Of a DNA stretch of 64,000 nt, positions 10,858-20,854 are shown one piece after another (positions within the stretch are counted from its first letter, which is position 1; the number at the start of each line of letters is the position of its first letter). The notes under the pieces were generated by a model, which was not told the DNA's origin, did not search any database, and saw only the letters and a list, made by a program, of their open reading frames with translations. The position numbers were made by a program, and so were the translations under genes. Origin of the DNA: Longimicrobiales bacterium (GTDB taxonomy: Bacteria; Gemmatimonadota; Gemmatimonadetes; Longimicrobiales; Gaopeijiaceae); assembly GCA_965249725.1 (NCBI GenBank), contig OZ252251.1, forward strand, positions 96,001 through 160,000, given 5' to 3'.

Positions 10858-10966
10858 AAACGGCTCCGCCGCGAGAAACGTCACCGGTCGCGTGCGCTCT
10901 GGTCGCGTCCGGACCCTCCCCTCCCTATCTTCGGCACCCCCCCCCTTACGCTCCCCGAAGGAGGTC

Positions 10967-11197
10967 ATGTTGAAAACGGGCAGAGGCAAGGGCGCAGAAC
11001 GCGTCGACATCGACGATACCGAACTCGACGTCGAGTTCGAACAGGAGCTCAAGGACGCAGAAGCCATGGAGAAGGCGCTCCTGCTGCGCTACGCACCGGA
11101 ACTCGAGGCCGACGAGAACGACCCCCGGGTCGCCAAAGGCCTCAAGAAGTCGGGTGACATGATGCAAGCGTTCGCCGACCGCGCAGCCAAGGACTAG
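10967..11197 (+). CDS. Small acidic hypothetical protein (76 aa)
   Basis: AAGGAGGT SD directly before ATG 10967; GC-rich codon usage. Confidence 0.7.
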   Translation: MLKTGRGKGAERVDIDDTELDVEFEQELKDAEAMEKALLLRYAPELEADENDPRVAKGLKKSGDMMQAFADRAAKD

Positions 11198-11205
11198 GGG
11201 GGATC

Positions 11206-11778
11206 ATGCCAGCGATACGACCGATGTATCACTACAAGGGCGAGAGCCCTCGCCGTCCCACCCGAACGGTCAAGGCAATCGCCAACGAGTGGACCGGGTC
11301 GATGTACGACCTGGTCGACGCCACGCGCGTCGCGCCGAATCGGACGATGTACAGGCGGGCCCAGACCATCCTGGGAGACTACGTCGACCCCCAACCGAGG
11401 CGGACGCTCATCATCGAGGCGGACCCGTGGTGCGATATGGAGTACCGGCTGAGCGCACACAAGGCGTGGGCCCACGTTGGCGGTGCCATCGGTCTGGAGG
11501 TGTGGGAGGTTCCCTGGACCGGACCCGAGGTGCAGCTCGCCAATTGGTGGCAGACGTTGTGGAAGCGCTGGGAGTGGAACTCGCCAGGTGCCGTGTTCCA
11601 CCAGGCGAACACCGTGCCGATTCGGCACTCAGTGCCCATGCGGATAGGCATGCAGTACAAGGTACTGGTGAAGACTGCGGTCATTGCTCGGGCCGCGGGC
11701 AAGAGAGGGTCCCGTCAGAGTTGGGCGTATTCGAAGCTCAAGGTTCAGCTGAGCGAGATTCCGTACCGCTACTCATGA
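11206..11778 (+). CDS. Trp-rich basic hypothetical protein (190 aa)
   Basis: Starts 8 nt after the previous stop with a G-rich SD; protein-like composition. Confidence 0.7.
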   Translation: MPAIRPMYHYKGESPRRPTRTVKAIANEWTGSMYDLVDATRVAPNRTMYRRAQTILGDYVDPQPRRTLIIEADPWCDMEYRLSAHKAWAHVGGAIGLEVWEVPWTGPEVQLANWWQTLWKRWEWNSPGAVFHQANTVPIRHSVPMRIGMQYKVLVKTAVIARAAGKRGSRQSWAYSKLKVQLSEIPYRYS

Positions 11779-11823
11779 CCGCGGGAGAGGCATCAGGCTG
11801 GGCGAAGCTGAGTCTACAACGCC

Positions 11824-12315
11824 CTAGGGGTTCATCTCTCGTTCGAGTTCCTCGCGGTGTTCCCGCCGCCGCTTGCCGTCCTCGAAGCGCTGTCGTTCCT
11901 CATCGGTGGTGAGCAGAAGTGGCGGCACCGGAGCGGGCCGACTGTTCTTGTCGATGGCCACGAACGTCAGGAAGCAGTCGTTCGTGCGCCGCCGGGTCCG
12001 GCTGATGGGATGCTCCGCGACCACCTCGACCTCGATTTCCATGGACGAGCGACCCACGTAGTTCACGCGAGCGGTACAGATGACGAGCTCGCCGGCATAG
12101 ATCGGCTCGAGGAACTCCACCTTGTTGATCGCCACGGTCACGCTGGGCTGTCCGGCGTGCCGCATGGCCGCGACGGCCGCGGCCCGGTCGACCATCGAGA
12201 GCAGCACTCCGCCGAACACGTGGCCGAGGTTGTTCACGTGGCCGGGCATCATCAGCTCGGTGATTTCCGAGGTGGAGGCCTCGGGGGGACGGGGGGTGAG
12301 GTCGGGTTTGGTCAT
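11824..12315 (-). CDS. Acyl-CoA thioesterase (hotdog fold)
   Basis: N.LGHVFGG.LLS.VD.AA, VNYVGRSSMEI, TFVAID. Confidence 0.92.
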   Translation of the reverse strand: MTKPDLTPRPPEASTSEITELMMPGHVNNLGHVFGGVLLSMVDRAAAVAAMRHAGQPSVTVAINKVEFLEPIYAGELVICTARVNYVGRSSMEIEVEVVAEHPISRTRRRTNDCFLTFVAIDKNSRPAPVPPLLLTTDEERQRFEDGKRRREHREELEREMNP

Positions 12316-12382
12316 GGGAACAGTCTAACCGGCCGGGGTCGATCGGGTCTACGGAGCGTGGGTACGAAGCCGGGCGTCGTCC

Positions 12383-15031
12383 TCACCACTCAAGGTCCAT
12401 CACCCACAGGTCGCCCTCGAGCTCGGCGAACGTGTAGTAGATCCTACCACCGTGGACGAAGAACTCGGCGCGGGGGAGCCGGAGGAGGTCGTCGAACTCG
12501 ACCAGGGTGCGAGCAGCACTCCCGTCCACCGAGACTTCGCGGAAGGCCGTGGTACCGTCGTCGAGACGGTCCAAGACAATGATCTCTCGGTCGCTCGACC
12601 AGAAGAGGGTCTCCACATCATTCCCCTCGAAGACGTTCCTCCGCTGCTCTCCGTTGAGGTCGACGACGAAAGCCGAAGGGCCCGACGAGAACGCGATCCG
12701 CTCCCCGTCCGGAGACCACCGTGCGCTCGAACCCGTCGTGAGTCGCCGAGGCTCAGACCAATCCGAACCGCCCCCACCGTCTGTGACGAAGAGGGCCGTT
12801 CCATCCTCGAGAATGGACTGAAAGACGAGGCTCCGGCCATCTGGAGACCAATCGGGATACCGGTCCGGAGTGGGCGAATCATACACGGTCTGGTGGTCGG
12901 TCCCGTCGGCCCGCACGACGAAGATGTCCCTGTTCCCGTTCCGGAATCCGTGTCCGGTGAGCCACCGGCCGTCCGGGGACCAAGCCTTCACGAACTCATC
13001 GGCAGGATGATCCGTGACCTGAACCGGAGGGCCTGCATCCAAGGGTTGGACATACAAGTCCTGGTTCCCGGACCGATTCGAGTCGAAGGCCAGTGATCGT
13101 CCGTCGGGTGATACGGCCATCCCTTCGATAACCTGACGCCCCGTCGTGACCCTCTCCCCATCGTATCCCGATACCGGATCTCCGCGGGGAATCTCGATCG
13201 ACCAGACATTCTGTCGGCGAAGGAGGGTGGAGTACACCAGTGTGCGACCGTCTCTGGAGAGGGAGATCGTGTGCGGGTCGAGCCCGGTAGTGACACGCAC
13301 CGGCTCCTGCCGTGGCATGCCGTCACCATTCAACTCGACCGCGTAGACGTCGCGGCCCCCGCCGCGGTTCGAAACGAAAAGAAGGCGCCCGTCGGGAAGC
13401 CACGTAGGCGAGACATTCTGGTCCTCGTTTAGCGCGACCGTCACCGACGGTCCACCATCGGCAGGGGCCACGCGAATCGCCGACGGCGCAATATTTCCGA
13501 GCGACCGGCCAAAGGAGACGAAGTTCAGGTTTCCGACCGTGTAGGCGATCCACTCTCCATCGGGCGACCAGACCGGCCAGTGTCCCTGTCCGATCTCCCG
13601 ATGTTCCCCCGTAGCAACCGTGTAGACGTGCAGGACGGATCCCAGCCGGTAGGCGAGTCGTGTTCCGTCGGGGGACCACGCGGGGTGTCCGAGCGCCCCC
13701 TCGGGAGGCGCCGAAAAAGCCGGCCGGGGTGTGCCGCCCAAGGCCGGGACGCTGTGGATCCGACTCCCGGCAGCGAAGACTACCTCGGATCCGTCAGGCG
13801 ACCACCGTGGATAGCGCTCGTGGCCGCCGGTGTTGCCGGCAATCTGAATCGCCCGGCCCCCGGAGATCTGTCGGACCATGACCTGAGCGCGAGGAGCGGG
13901 CCCCGACGAACCATCGCCTGTCGCAGCCTGAGCAAGAGCGCCGGTCGACATGTATGCCACGCTACGCCCATCCGGGGAGATTGCGGGAGTCAGATCGGGA
14001 GCCGCATCGAAGGTGAGCTGCCTGTTGTTGCCGACCGTGATCGGAGTCGGTCCGCCCCCTAGTGACATCACGGCGACCGCGGCGGCGACCACCACGGCCG
14101 CACCGAGGCCAACCGCCGTCCACGGGGTCCTCCGTGCGACCGGAGCCGCCACCCCAGTCATCATGCTTGTCGGAGTCATCCCCCCGCTCGGCGTGGCCAG
14201 CGCCTCGAGGTGCCTCATCATCTCCTCGCTGGTCTGCCAGCGGTCGGCAGGCTTCTTCTCGAGGCAACGCATGACCAGATGCCCCAACCCCGGTGGCACC
14301 GCGCTGCGGTGCTCCGTAACGGCCTTGGGGACCTCGGTCACATGGGCGACCAGGACCATCTGCGGGCTTTTGCCCGCAAACGGGGGAACGCCGGCCAGCA
14401 ACTCGTAGGCCAAGGCACCCACGGCATATATGTCCGCGCGGTGATCGATGCTGTCGGACGCCTCGGCCTGCTCGGGGGCCATGTAGGCCGGCGTGCCCAA
14501 AGCCACCCCGATGGTCGTGAGTTGATGGCGCCCTGTGGCTTCACTCACGGCCTTGGCCACGCCGAAGTCCATCACCAACGCGTGGCGACCGCTGAGCATG
14601 ACGTTGTCCGGTTTGACGTCGCGGTGTACCACGCCGTGTTCGTGGGCGTAGGCCAGCGCATCCACCACGTCGCGCAGAATGCGAACCGCCTCGGTGATCG
14701 GCAGTTCTCCCTCACGCACGAGCCGGTCCCGGAGCGACTCCCCCTCGACGTAGGGCAGCACGTAGAACAAGAAGCCGTCGACCTCCCCGGAGTCGTGCAG
14801 GGGGAGGATGTGGGGGTGGGTCAAGCCTGCGGCGATCTCGATCTCACGGAGAAAGCGCTCTGGCCCGAGCGTGGCCGCCAGATCAGGCCGGAGGACCTTG
14901 AGCGCCACCTTCCGATGATGCCTGACGTCGTCGGCCAGGTACACCGTCGCCATCCCACCCGCACCCAGCTCTCGTTCGATGGTGTAGCGGCCCTCGAGGG
15001 CTGCGTTCAGGCGGGCGACCGGATCGGACAT
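12383..15031 (-). CDS. Ser/Thr protein kinase with TM helix and TolB/PD40 beta-propeller
   Basis: GAGGMATVY, VALKV, HRDVKPDN, DFG, APE; repeated WSPDG. Confidence 0.93.
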   Translation of the reverse strand: MSDPVARLNAALEGRYTIERELGAGGMATVYLADDVRHHRKVALKVLRPDLAATLGPERFLREIEIAAGLTHPHILPLHDSGEVDGFLFYVLPYVEGESLRDRLVREGELPITEAVRILRDVVDALAYAHEHGVVHRDVKPDNVMLSGRHALVMDFGVAKAVSEATGRHQLTTIGVALGTPAYMAPEQAEASDSIDHRADIYAVGALAYELLAGVPPFAGKSPQMVLVAHVTEVPKAVTEHRSAVPPGLGHLVMRCLEKKPADRWQTSEEMMRHLEALATPSGGMTPTSMMTGVAAPVARRTPWTAVGLGAAVVVAAAVAVMSLGGGPTPITVGNNRQLTFDAAPDLTPAISPDGRSVAYMSTGALAQAATGDGSSGPAPRAQVMVRQISGGRAIQIAGNTGGHERYPRWSPDGSEVVFAAGSRIHSVPALGGTPRPAFSAPPEGALGHPAWSPDGTRLAYRLGSVLHVYTVATGEHREIGQGHWPVWSPDGEWIAYTVGNLNFVSFGRSLGNIAPSAIRVAPADGGPSVTVALNEDQNVSPTWLPDGRLLFVSNRGGGRDVYAVELNGDGMPRQEPVRVTTGLDPHTISLSRDGRTLVYSTLLRRQNVWSIEIPRGDPVSGYDGERVTTGRQVIEGMAVSPDGRSLAFDSNRSGNQDLYVQPLDAGPPVQVTDHPADEFVKAWSPDGRWLTGHGFRNGNRDIFVVRADGTDHQTVYDSPTPDRYPDWSPDGRSLVFQSILEDGTALFVTDGGGGSDWSEPRRLTTGSSARWSPDGERIAFSSGPSAFVVDLNGEQRRNVFEGNDVETLFWSSDREIIVLDRLDDGTTAFREVSVDGSAARTLVEFDDLLRLPRAEFFVHGGRIYYTFAELEGDLWVMDLEW

Positions 15032-15147
15032 GGCGCAAGATGCGGTTATCGTGCGCGCGACCACAAGAGAAACTCCACCGGTGCCGGGCCTTCGACCGTG
15101 TGGGCTCTGAGGCCCTTCCGGCCTCAGCTCAGTGTCCACGAGACCCC

Positions 15148-15969
15148 CTACACCGCCTCCAGCCCGAAATGCCTAACCAGATCGACCCACTGCGTCCGAT
15201 TCCGATCGCCCACGATGTTGGTGCGCTTGAGTGACACCCTTTGGGAGAACGCGATCGGCAAGGGAGCCGGCCTGTCATCGGCACTTCGGCGTATGGAGGT
15301 GCCTGCCCTCGTCGCCATCGCCTTGAACCACAGATCGTCGGCTGCGGGGGCCAACTTCTCGAAGAGGTCGCGGTTGGTCGCATCCTCGTGCAGGCTGTGG
15401 GGCGGATAGATGACACCGCCGTACCCGAGGGCCAGAACTCGGTCCCGGTGCTCATCGTCGGGGTCATAGGTCCACTCCGAGTAGGGCAGTGGGTCACCGG
15501 CGTCATCGTATGCAATGGTTCTGCACTCATGAGCAATGATGTCGCCCGGGTGAACCCTGTGCGTCGCTTCCAGTCGGCGCAGCCAACTCCTCGGGTAGAT
15601 ATGATCGTCGTCGCACGTGACGATCGTCCTGTCGGGGAACTCCGCCAGTGAGGCGACCAGCTTGAGGTGCGGGCAATCCAACGTCGAAAACCGGATCGAG
15701 AATCGCTCACCCCTCAGACGACCGAGGCTCCTCGGTACCCGTCCCCTCAACTCCTCGTTTAGCCAGAGGACGATCTGCTGCGGCTGTACATCCTGATCCA
15801 GGATGCTGCGGATCGTGATCGGTACGATCGACAGACGAGACGGAATCGACGTCAACGAGACGACGATGGAGTGCTCACTGGCTTCCGCGGATCGACCCAG
15901 CTTCTCCGCGGGGGTGAGGAGAAGCCTCAGAGAGGAGTACACCGAGGGCGGCAGCTCCTTGAGCTTCAA
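15148..15969 (-). CDS. Glycosyltransferase-like protein (GT-A fold)
   Basis: IVVSLTSIPSRL, TCDDDHIYP, GYGGVIYPP, ADDLWF. Confidence 0.75.
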   Translation of the reverse strand: MKLKELPPSVYSSLRLLLTPAEKLGRSAEASEHSIVVSLTSIPSRLSIVPITIRSILDQDVQPQQIVLWLNEELRGRVPRSLGRLRGERFSIRFSTLDCPHLKLVASLAEFPDRTIVTCDDDHIYPRSWLRRLEATHRVHPGDIIAHECRTIAYDDAGDPLPYSEWTYDPDDEHRDRVLALGYGGVIYPPHSLHEDATNRDLFEKLAPAADDLWFKAMATRAGTSIRRSADDRPAPLPIAFSQRVSLKRTNIVGDRNRTQWVDLVRHFGLEAV

Positions 15970-16126
15970 CTCCCGGACCCGCGTTCATTGACCGCAGGGC
16001 GGCCGGAAAGAGCCATATTCTGGCGGGTGAGGAGCACGAACATGGCCCAAGATGGGCGAATCGTCAGTGGGCCCACAAGGGAAACCCCGCACGGGGCCTT
16101 GCTCTCGATTCAAACAGCATCGATGT

Positions 16127-16150
16127 TACCATAAGTATGGTGTTATGGTA
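16127..16150. promoter_or_regulatory. Putative RHH antitoxin operator
   Basis: ACCATA-AG-TATGGT inverted repeat (16128-16141) plus second TATGGTA (16144-16150), just upstream of the antitoxin. Confidence 0.6.
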
Positions 16151-16167
16151 CTAGGGAGACGAAACGA

Positions 16168-16452
16168 ATGCGGAAAATGACCTTCAGCTTGGACGATGCT
16201 ACGGCCCTCAGCCTCGAGCGTTCTGCGGATCGCCTTTCGAAACCGAAGAGCTGGGTGGTCCGAGAGGCCATCCGGACATACGGAGAGAGCCTCGGCAGGC
16301 TGAGCGACGAGGAGCAGGAGCGGATGCTCACCGTGTTTGACGACGTCGTCGGCCGTATCCCCGAGCGACCCACCGAGGAGGTCGACGAAGAACTCTCCGA
16401 GCTTCGACGAGCGAGGCGGTTAGGGGGACGACCCGGGAGCGGCAGGGAGTGA
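16168..16452 (+). CDS. CopG/RHH antitoxin (VapB-like)
   Basis: MTFSLDD...KSWVVREAI; GTGA overlap with the PIN gene. Confidence 0.85.
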   Translation: MRKMTFSLDDATALSLERSADRLSKPKSWVVREAIRTYGESLGRLSDEEQERMLTVFDDVVGRIPERPTEEVDEELSELRRARRLGGRPGSGRE

Positions 16453-16829
16453 TCCTTCTCGACACCACGGTCCTGATCGACGGTCTGACGGGCGCCCGCC
16501 GTTGCGCACCCGCTCTTCGGTTAGCCCTAGAACGGCGAGAGCGCATCGTCGTTCCGACGTTGGTGCTCTACGAGTGGTGGCGTGGCCCCAGACTGGTCGA
16601 GGAGGTCGAGGCCCAAGAGGCCCTGTTTCCCTCCGAGTCCGCCACACCCTTCGGCCCGCACGAAGCGCGGCTCGCCGCAGACCTCTACCGGACGGTGCCA
16701 CGGCCCAGAGGTCGCGAGATCGATCTGGCCATCGCTGCCTGCGCGATCTCGTGGGACGCCATGCTGTGGACCCTCAACATGCAGGACTTCGAGGACATTC
16801 CTGACCTGAGTGTGGCACTGCCGGGATGA
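16449..16829 (+). CDS. vapC: PIN-domain toxin VapC
   Basis: LLDTTVLID, LYE, DLAIAACA, LWTLN.QDF. Confidence 0.9.
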   Translation: MILLDTTVLIDGLTGARRCAPALRLALERRERIVVPTLVLYEWWRGPRLVEEVEAQEALFPSESATPFGPHEARLAADLYRTVPRPRGREIDLAIAACAISWDAMLWTLNMQDFEDIPDLSVALPG

Positions 16830-17086
16830 CCGCCCTGATCGAGGCGCCCTACGGTGGAGTCGTCCAGGTTGAGTGGGCGACGTGGGCGACCCCTACCGGA
16901 CCGGAACCATCAGATGGGTTCCCTCCCCCTCCCCCATCACCCAGGGCACGCCCGCTTCACCGTCCATTGGGAGGGCAGGGAGCGCCCCTCCGTCAACGTA
17001 GATCAAGAGGTGGGGCTGGTCAGCGGCTAGCATGTATGAGATGGCGACGCCCTCGATCTTTCTATGGCCGCCGGCAGGGGAACACG

Positions 17087-18841
17087 CTAGGACTCGGGTA
17101 GCCCGGCTGCCCGCAACCCTTCAAGCAGACGGGCCTGATGCTCGGGTTTGGCGTAGGGGAACTGACGGCTGAGGGTGGTCACCGTGGCCTTGGGCATCAA
17201 CCTGACGATCTCGTCACCTGAGTTCCGGGTGCCCTCCAGATCGCCGCACGCGTGTCGGAGCATCGTGTCGTACACGTGTGCGGCGGGATAGTCGGGCGCC
17301 TTGTCCAGTAGCTCATCCCTATGACGCTCGGCCTCAGCGTACCGCCCCATCTGGAGGTAGAGGTGGACGAAGTTGAGTAGGGCCGGAGCCGAGAGGTGCG
17401 GGTCCAGGCGCGCCGCATGCAGCATGGGCACTTCCGCCAGCTCCGGGTGTCCGCTGAAGATGAGGCTCGAGGAGTAGAAGAGTTGGGCTTCCGAAGAATT
17501 CGGGTCGAGAGCTAGCGCTTGTTCATGTTCGGAGAGGCTGCGCTGATGCCCGTCCTTCCACATGTGCATCCAGCCCAGGAACGAATGCCCGAGGGCCAGG
17601 TTCGGATCCTGGGCGACGGAAGTCTCGGCGTCTCGAATCGCCAAGTCCATGGCGTCAGGATCGGTATTCCAGCCGAAAAACCACGCATGGAATTTCACGT
17701 AGCTGCGATAGGCCAGGGCCAGCGCGAATCCTGGATCCAGGGCTAGGGCTTCATCGAACATCGCCAACGCCTCGGCGTTCGTCACTGGACTGGGTTGACG
17801 GTACAGAACCCGACCTCTCAGGAAAAGATCATGAGCTTCGGCGCTGGTCGTGTACTCGCTTCCCCGCTGTTTCTCCTCTGCTGCGGTCAGCTGGACGGAG
17901 AGGGCCGACACGATCTTTCCGGTGATGTCGTCCTGCAGGGCGAAGATGTCGTCAGAGGTCCCGTCGTACCGTTCGGTCCAGACGTATTGGGAGCTCGAAG
18001 TATCAGCGAGCTTCGCGTTGATCCGCACGCGACTGCCGGATTTTTGTACGCTTCCCTCCAATGCGTAATGAACACCAAGTTCCATGCGGACTCTTGTCAG
18101 GTCCACCGCCTCTCCTTTGTACGTAAAGGATGAGTTACGACCGATCACGAACAGACCGGACAGCTTCGAGAGGTCGGTGATGATGTCCTCGGTGAGTCCG
18201 TCCGAGAAGTACTCCTGCTCGGGGTCACCACTCAGATTCTGAAACGGCAGCACGGCGATCGACGGCTTGTCCGGCAACTCCAACCGAACTTGAGGGACCG
18301 ATCCAGGCCGGCTGCTCTCGGAGTCCACCAGGCGGAAGGCACGGATGCGCTCCGCTATGTTCTTGACCTCCTGGTCACCCATGTCCTCGAACGTCACGTC
18401 GACCTTGGCGCGGACCTGACGGTATGCGTCGTCCGATAGAGTCACACCTCCAGGTTCGGCCAAAGCCTCCATTCGAGCCGCGACGTTCACCCCATCACCA
18501 TAGACGGTCCCGTCTTCCTTCTCGATGATGTCGCCCAAGTTGATGCCGATGCGGAATCGCATTTTGCGATCCTCGCTGAGTTGCTCGTTCCGCTCGGACA
18601 GCGCGACCTGGATCTCCATCGCACAGCGCACGGCCTCGACCACGCTATCGAAGACGCTGAGAACACTGTCACCGGCCGTGTCGACGACCCTGCCGTCGCG
18701 GCTCTCTACGCGCTTGCTGAACACATCCCGACACTCCACCAGGACTTCGATCGTGGCTTCCTCGTCATCGCCCATCAGCCGTGAGTATCCAACGACGTCG
18801 GCGCACAGGATGGCCGCTAGTCTGCGTTTTTGGTCCGACAT
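17087..18841 (-). CDS. Class III adenylate/guanylate cyclase with TolB-like and TPR domains
   Basis: AILCADVVGYS, AGD, FRIGINLGD, GDGVNVAARME; PSIAVLPFQNLSGD; TPRs. Confidence 0.9.
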   Translation of the reverse strand: MSDQKRRLAAILCADVVGYSRLMGDDEEATIEVLVECRDVFSKRVESRDGRVVDTAGDSVLSVFDSVVEAVRCAMEIQVALSERNEQLSEDRKMRFRIGINLGDIIEKEDGTVYGDGVNVAARMEALAEPGGVTLSDDAYRQVRAKVDVTFEDMGDQEVKNIAERIRAFRLVDSESSRPGSVPQVRLELPDKPSIAVLPFQNLSGDPEQEYFSDGLTEDIITDLSKLSGLFVIGRNSSFTYKGEAVDLTRVRMELGVHYALEGSVQKSGSRVRINAKLADTSSSQYVWTERYDGTSDDIFALQDDITGKIVSALSVQLTAAEEKQRGSEYTTSAEAHDLFLRGRVLYRQPSPVTNAEALAMFDEALALDPGFALALAYRSYVKFHAWFFGWNTDPDAMDLAIRDAETSVAQDPNLALGHSFLGWMHMWKDGHQRSLSEHEQALALDPNSSEAQLFYSSSLIFSGHPELAEVPMLHAARLDPHLSAPALLNFVHLYLQMGRYAEAERHRDELLDKAPDYPAAHVYDTMLRHACGDLEGTRNSGDEIVRLMPKATVTTLSRQFPYAKPEHQARLLEGLRAAGLPES

Positions 18842-18940
18842 GTCGCGACGTTCTCTCATCGTGCGGGCGAGCCGGGCTAGTCCTGCAGTCGCCGGGAGGC
18901 CCGCCTCCCAGCGCAAACACCCGGGCGAACAAGGTGCCCC

Positions 18941-19460
18941 TTAGTCATTTCCGTGGCTAGAGGGAAGTCGAACCCGCGACCAGAGGAAGGCCGTCAAGCG
19001 CTCCTTTACTTGTCGAGACGGGTCGGACCGCCCATTCCGAATCGCCTTGATGTACCGCACACTCTTGCCCGTCGCCTCGGCCAGTTCCCGAGCTGTGTAG
19101 TTCTGAAGTCTCTCCCGGATGTGCCGCCATGAATTGGACCCGTAGTTCGCAACCACTTCGTCGGGATCATGTATCAAGCCAGAGTTGACCTCCTCAAGCC
19201 GGTGCGACTCCTTCCCGACATAGTCGACCCAATCAAGCTCAACACTCCGGCGCCGCAGCAAGCCCCGAGTCGCTGCGCCACATTCGGCCCCGTCCGGCCC
19301 CGCACTCTTCGGCTCAGGATGGCTCTGAAACAACTCCGCAACATCTCGATACGTCTTTAGTCTCGCTGCATCCGGCGAGGCGCCCCCAGGTCGCGTCGTC
19401 ACCTCAAAGACCTCGCCCGAATATTGATCGATCCAAGGCAGTTCGCGCGTGCTGGAGCTC
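18941..19460 (-). pseudogene. C-terminal remnant of a large mobile-element protein (PolB-type, recalled similarity) with terminal HTH
   Basis: W.DQYSG..F.VTT, TY.DV...F..HPE.KS.GPDG..C...TRGLL.RR, YVGKE..RLEE, then HTH (ARELAEATGKSVRYIKAIRNG); no credible start. Confidence 0.5.
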
Positions 19461-19590
19461 GAGTCGTTGGACTGCAAGACGCGGAGAGCTTCCTGGTGGC
19501 ACCCGAGGGCCTCGACTCCGCGGCGGTGGAGGACCTGATCACACACGGTGAGCGCAGGATCATCCCGCCCCATCCGCTCCGGCACCCGAT

Positions 19591-19800
19591 ATGGTTGGCA
19601 GCCTAGGGATGGCTCGGGCGTTCTATCACCTCATGGACCGGACTGCCGACCATTCGGTTGCCGGCACGTTCGGGGCAGTCTCGAAGGCCATGTCCGACTC
19701 GGTCAATGCGATTCTGGAACGCCAAGACGGAGGCGACGCAGGGCTTCTGGCGGCGACACTTCAGGTAGCCGACGCGCGGCGGGCACCCCCGCTCTCCTAG
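19591..19800 (+). CDS. Short hypothetical ORF or gene fragment
   Basis: Protein-like 69 aa; no recognisable motif. Confidence 0.25.
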   Translation: MVGSLGMARAFYHLMDRTADHSVAGTFGAVSKAMSDSVNAILERQDGGDAGLLAATLQVADARRAPPLS

Positions 19801-19846
19801 CGAGAAGCCGACCAAGAGCGGCTGGGGTCCCACCACCCGACTGCCC

Positions 19847-20842
19847 TTAGCGCCTCAGCTTCCTCAGCGCCCTCGTCGCATGCACGGGGACCATGGCTCG
19901 CCGCCACTCCGTGTCGACGATCATGTTCTCCAGGGGATGGCACTGCTTGAACGCCCTCTCCGCGAGGCCGTCGATGAGGTCGTCGGTGAGAGCCTCACCT
20001 TCAGCGAGCTCTTCCCAGCCGGTGAGCTCCTTCGGCCGCGCGCCCAGCGCGGTCACCACGCCCCGAAGGGATCGCACGCGATCGTCCGGGTCTACATGGG
20101 CCGCTACCGCCACGGTCAGCAGTGGGAAGTCGATGGACTGCCGCTGGCGGAGCTTCACGTAGCCCGTCCGTAGGTCGTAGCCTCCCTCGGAGACGGCCAA
20201 GGGCACCCGGATCCTCGTAACGATCTCACCGGGCTCCCTCGTGGTGTTCCAGATCCCGTCGGCGACGAAGAAGTCTCGAACGGCCACGGTCCGGTCCCCA
20301 CCGGGTCCCGCAATGTCGACATGCGCGTCGAGGGTCATGAGGACCGGCGGCGTATCGGCGGAATGAGCGGCCACGCACTTCTTACCCACCTTGGTGACGT
20401 GGCAGACATCCCCGTCCTTCTTGAGGCAGAATCCCAGCGCCTGCCGCCAGAATCGCGTCTGATTGTAGTAGGTGCAGCGGGTATCGAGGCAGACGTTCCC
20501 CCCGATGGTCCCGGAGTTCCTGAGCTGGGGCCCGGCCACGTGGCCGGCTGCATCCGCTAGCGCTGTAAAGTGAAGTCGGACTGACGGATGCAGCGATACG
20601 TCCGTGAGTGTCTCGGCCGCACCGATGACGAGTTCGCCGTCCGCCTCGTGGATGCCTTTGAGCTCCCCGATGCCCTTCAGAGCCACAAGGTGGGCCGGCG
20701 TGAAGAGCTTGTGCTTCATGTTGGGGACCAGGTCGGTCCCGCCCGATACCGGGAGGGCAGCCTCGCCGAATTCGGCCAGCAGACCCACGGCGTCCTGGAC
20801 CGTGTCCGGCCGGTGATACTTGAAGGGAGGAAGTCTCAGCAT
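19847..20842 (-). CDS. hcrB: Xanthine-dehydrogenase-family FAD subunit with [4Fe-4S] insert (4-hydroxybenzoyl-CoA reductase beta-like)
   Basis: GGTDL, RNSGTIGGN, CLDTRCTYYNQ..FWR.ALGFCLKKDGDVC...C. Confidence 0.8.
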   Translation of the reverse strand: MLRLPPFKYHRPDTVQDAVGLLAEFGEAALPVSGGTDLVPNMKHKLFTPAHLVALKGIGELKGIHEADGELVIGAAETLTDVSLHPSVRLHFTALADAAGHVAGPQLRNSGTIGGNVCLDTRCTYYNQTRFWRQALGFCLKKDGDVCHVTKVGKKCVAAHSADTPPVLMTLDAHVDIAGPGGDRTVAVRDFFVADGIWNTTREPGEIVTRIRVPLAVSEGGYDLRTGYVKLRQRQSIDFPLLTVAVAAHVDPDDRVRSLRGVVTALGARPKELTGWEELAEGEALTDDLIDGLAERAFKQCHPLENMIVDTEWRRAMVPVHATRALRKLRR

Positions 20843-20854
20843 GGAATCTCGCCC

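Noticed and set aside
14210..15409. Long antisense ORFs (for example 14210-15409, 31633-33112, 62533-63735)
   Set aside because: Shadow frames of well-supported genes in GC-rich DNA.
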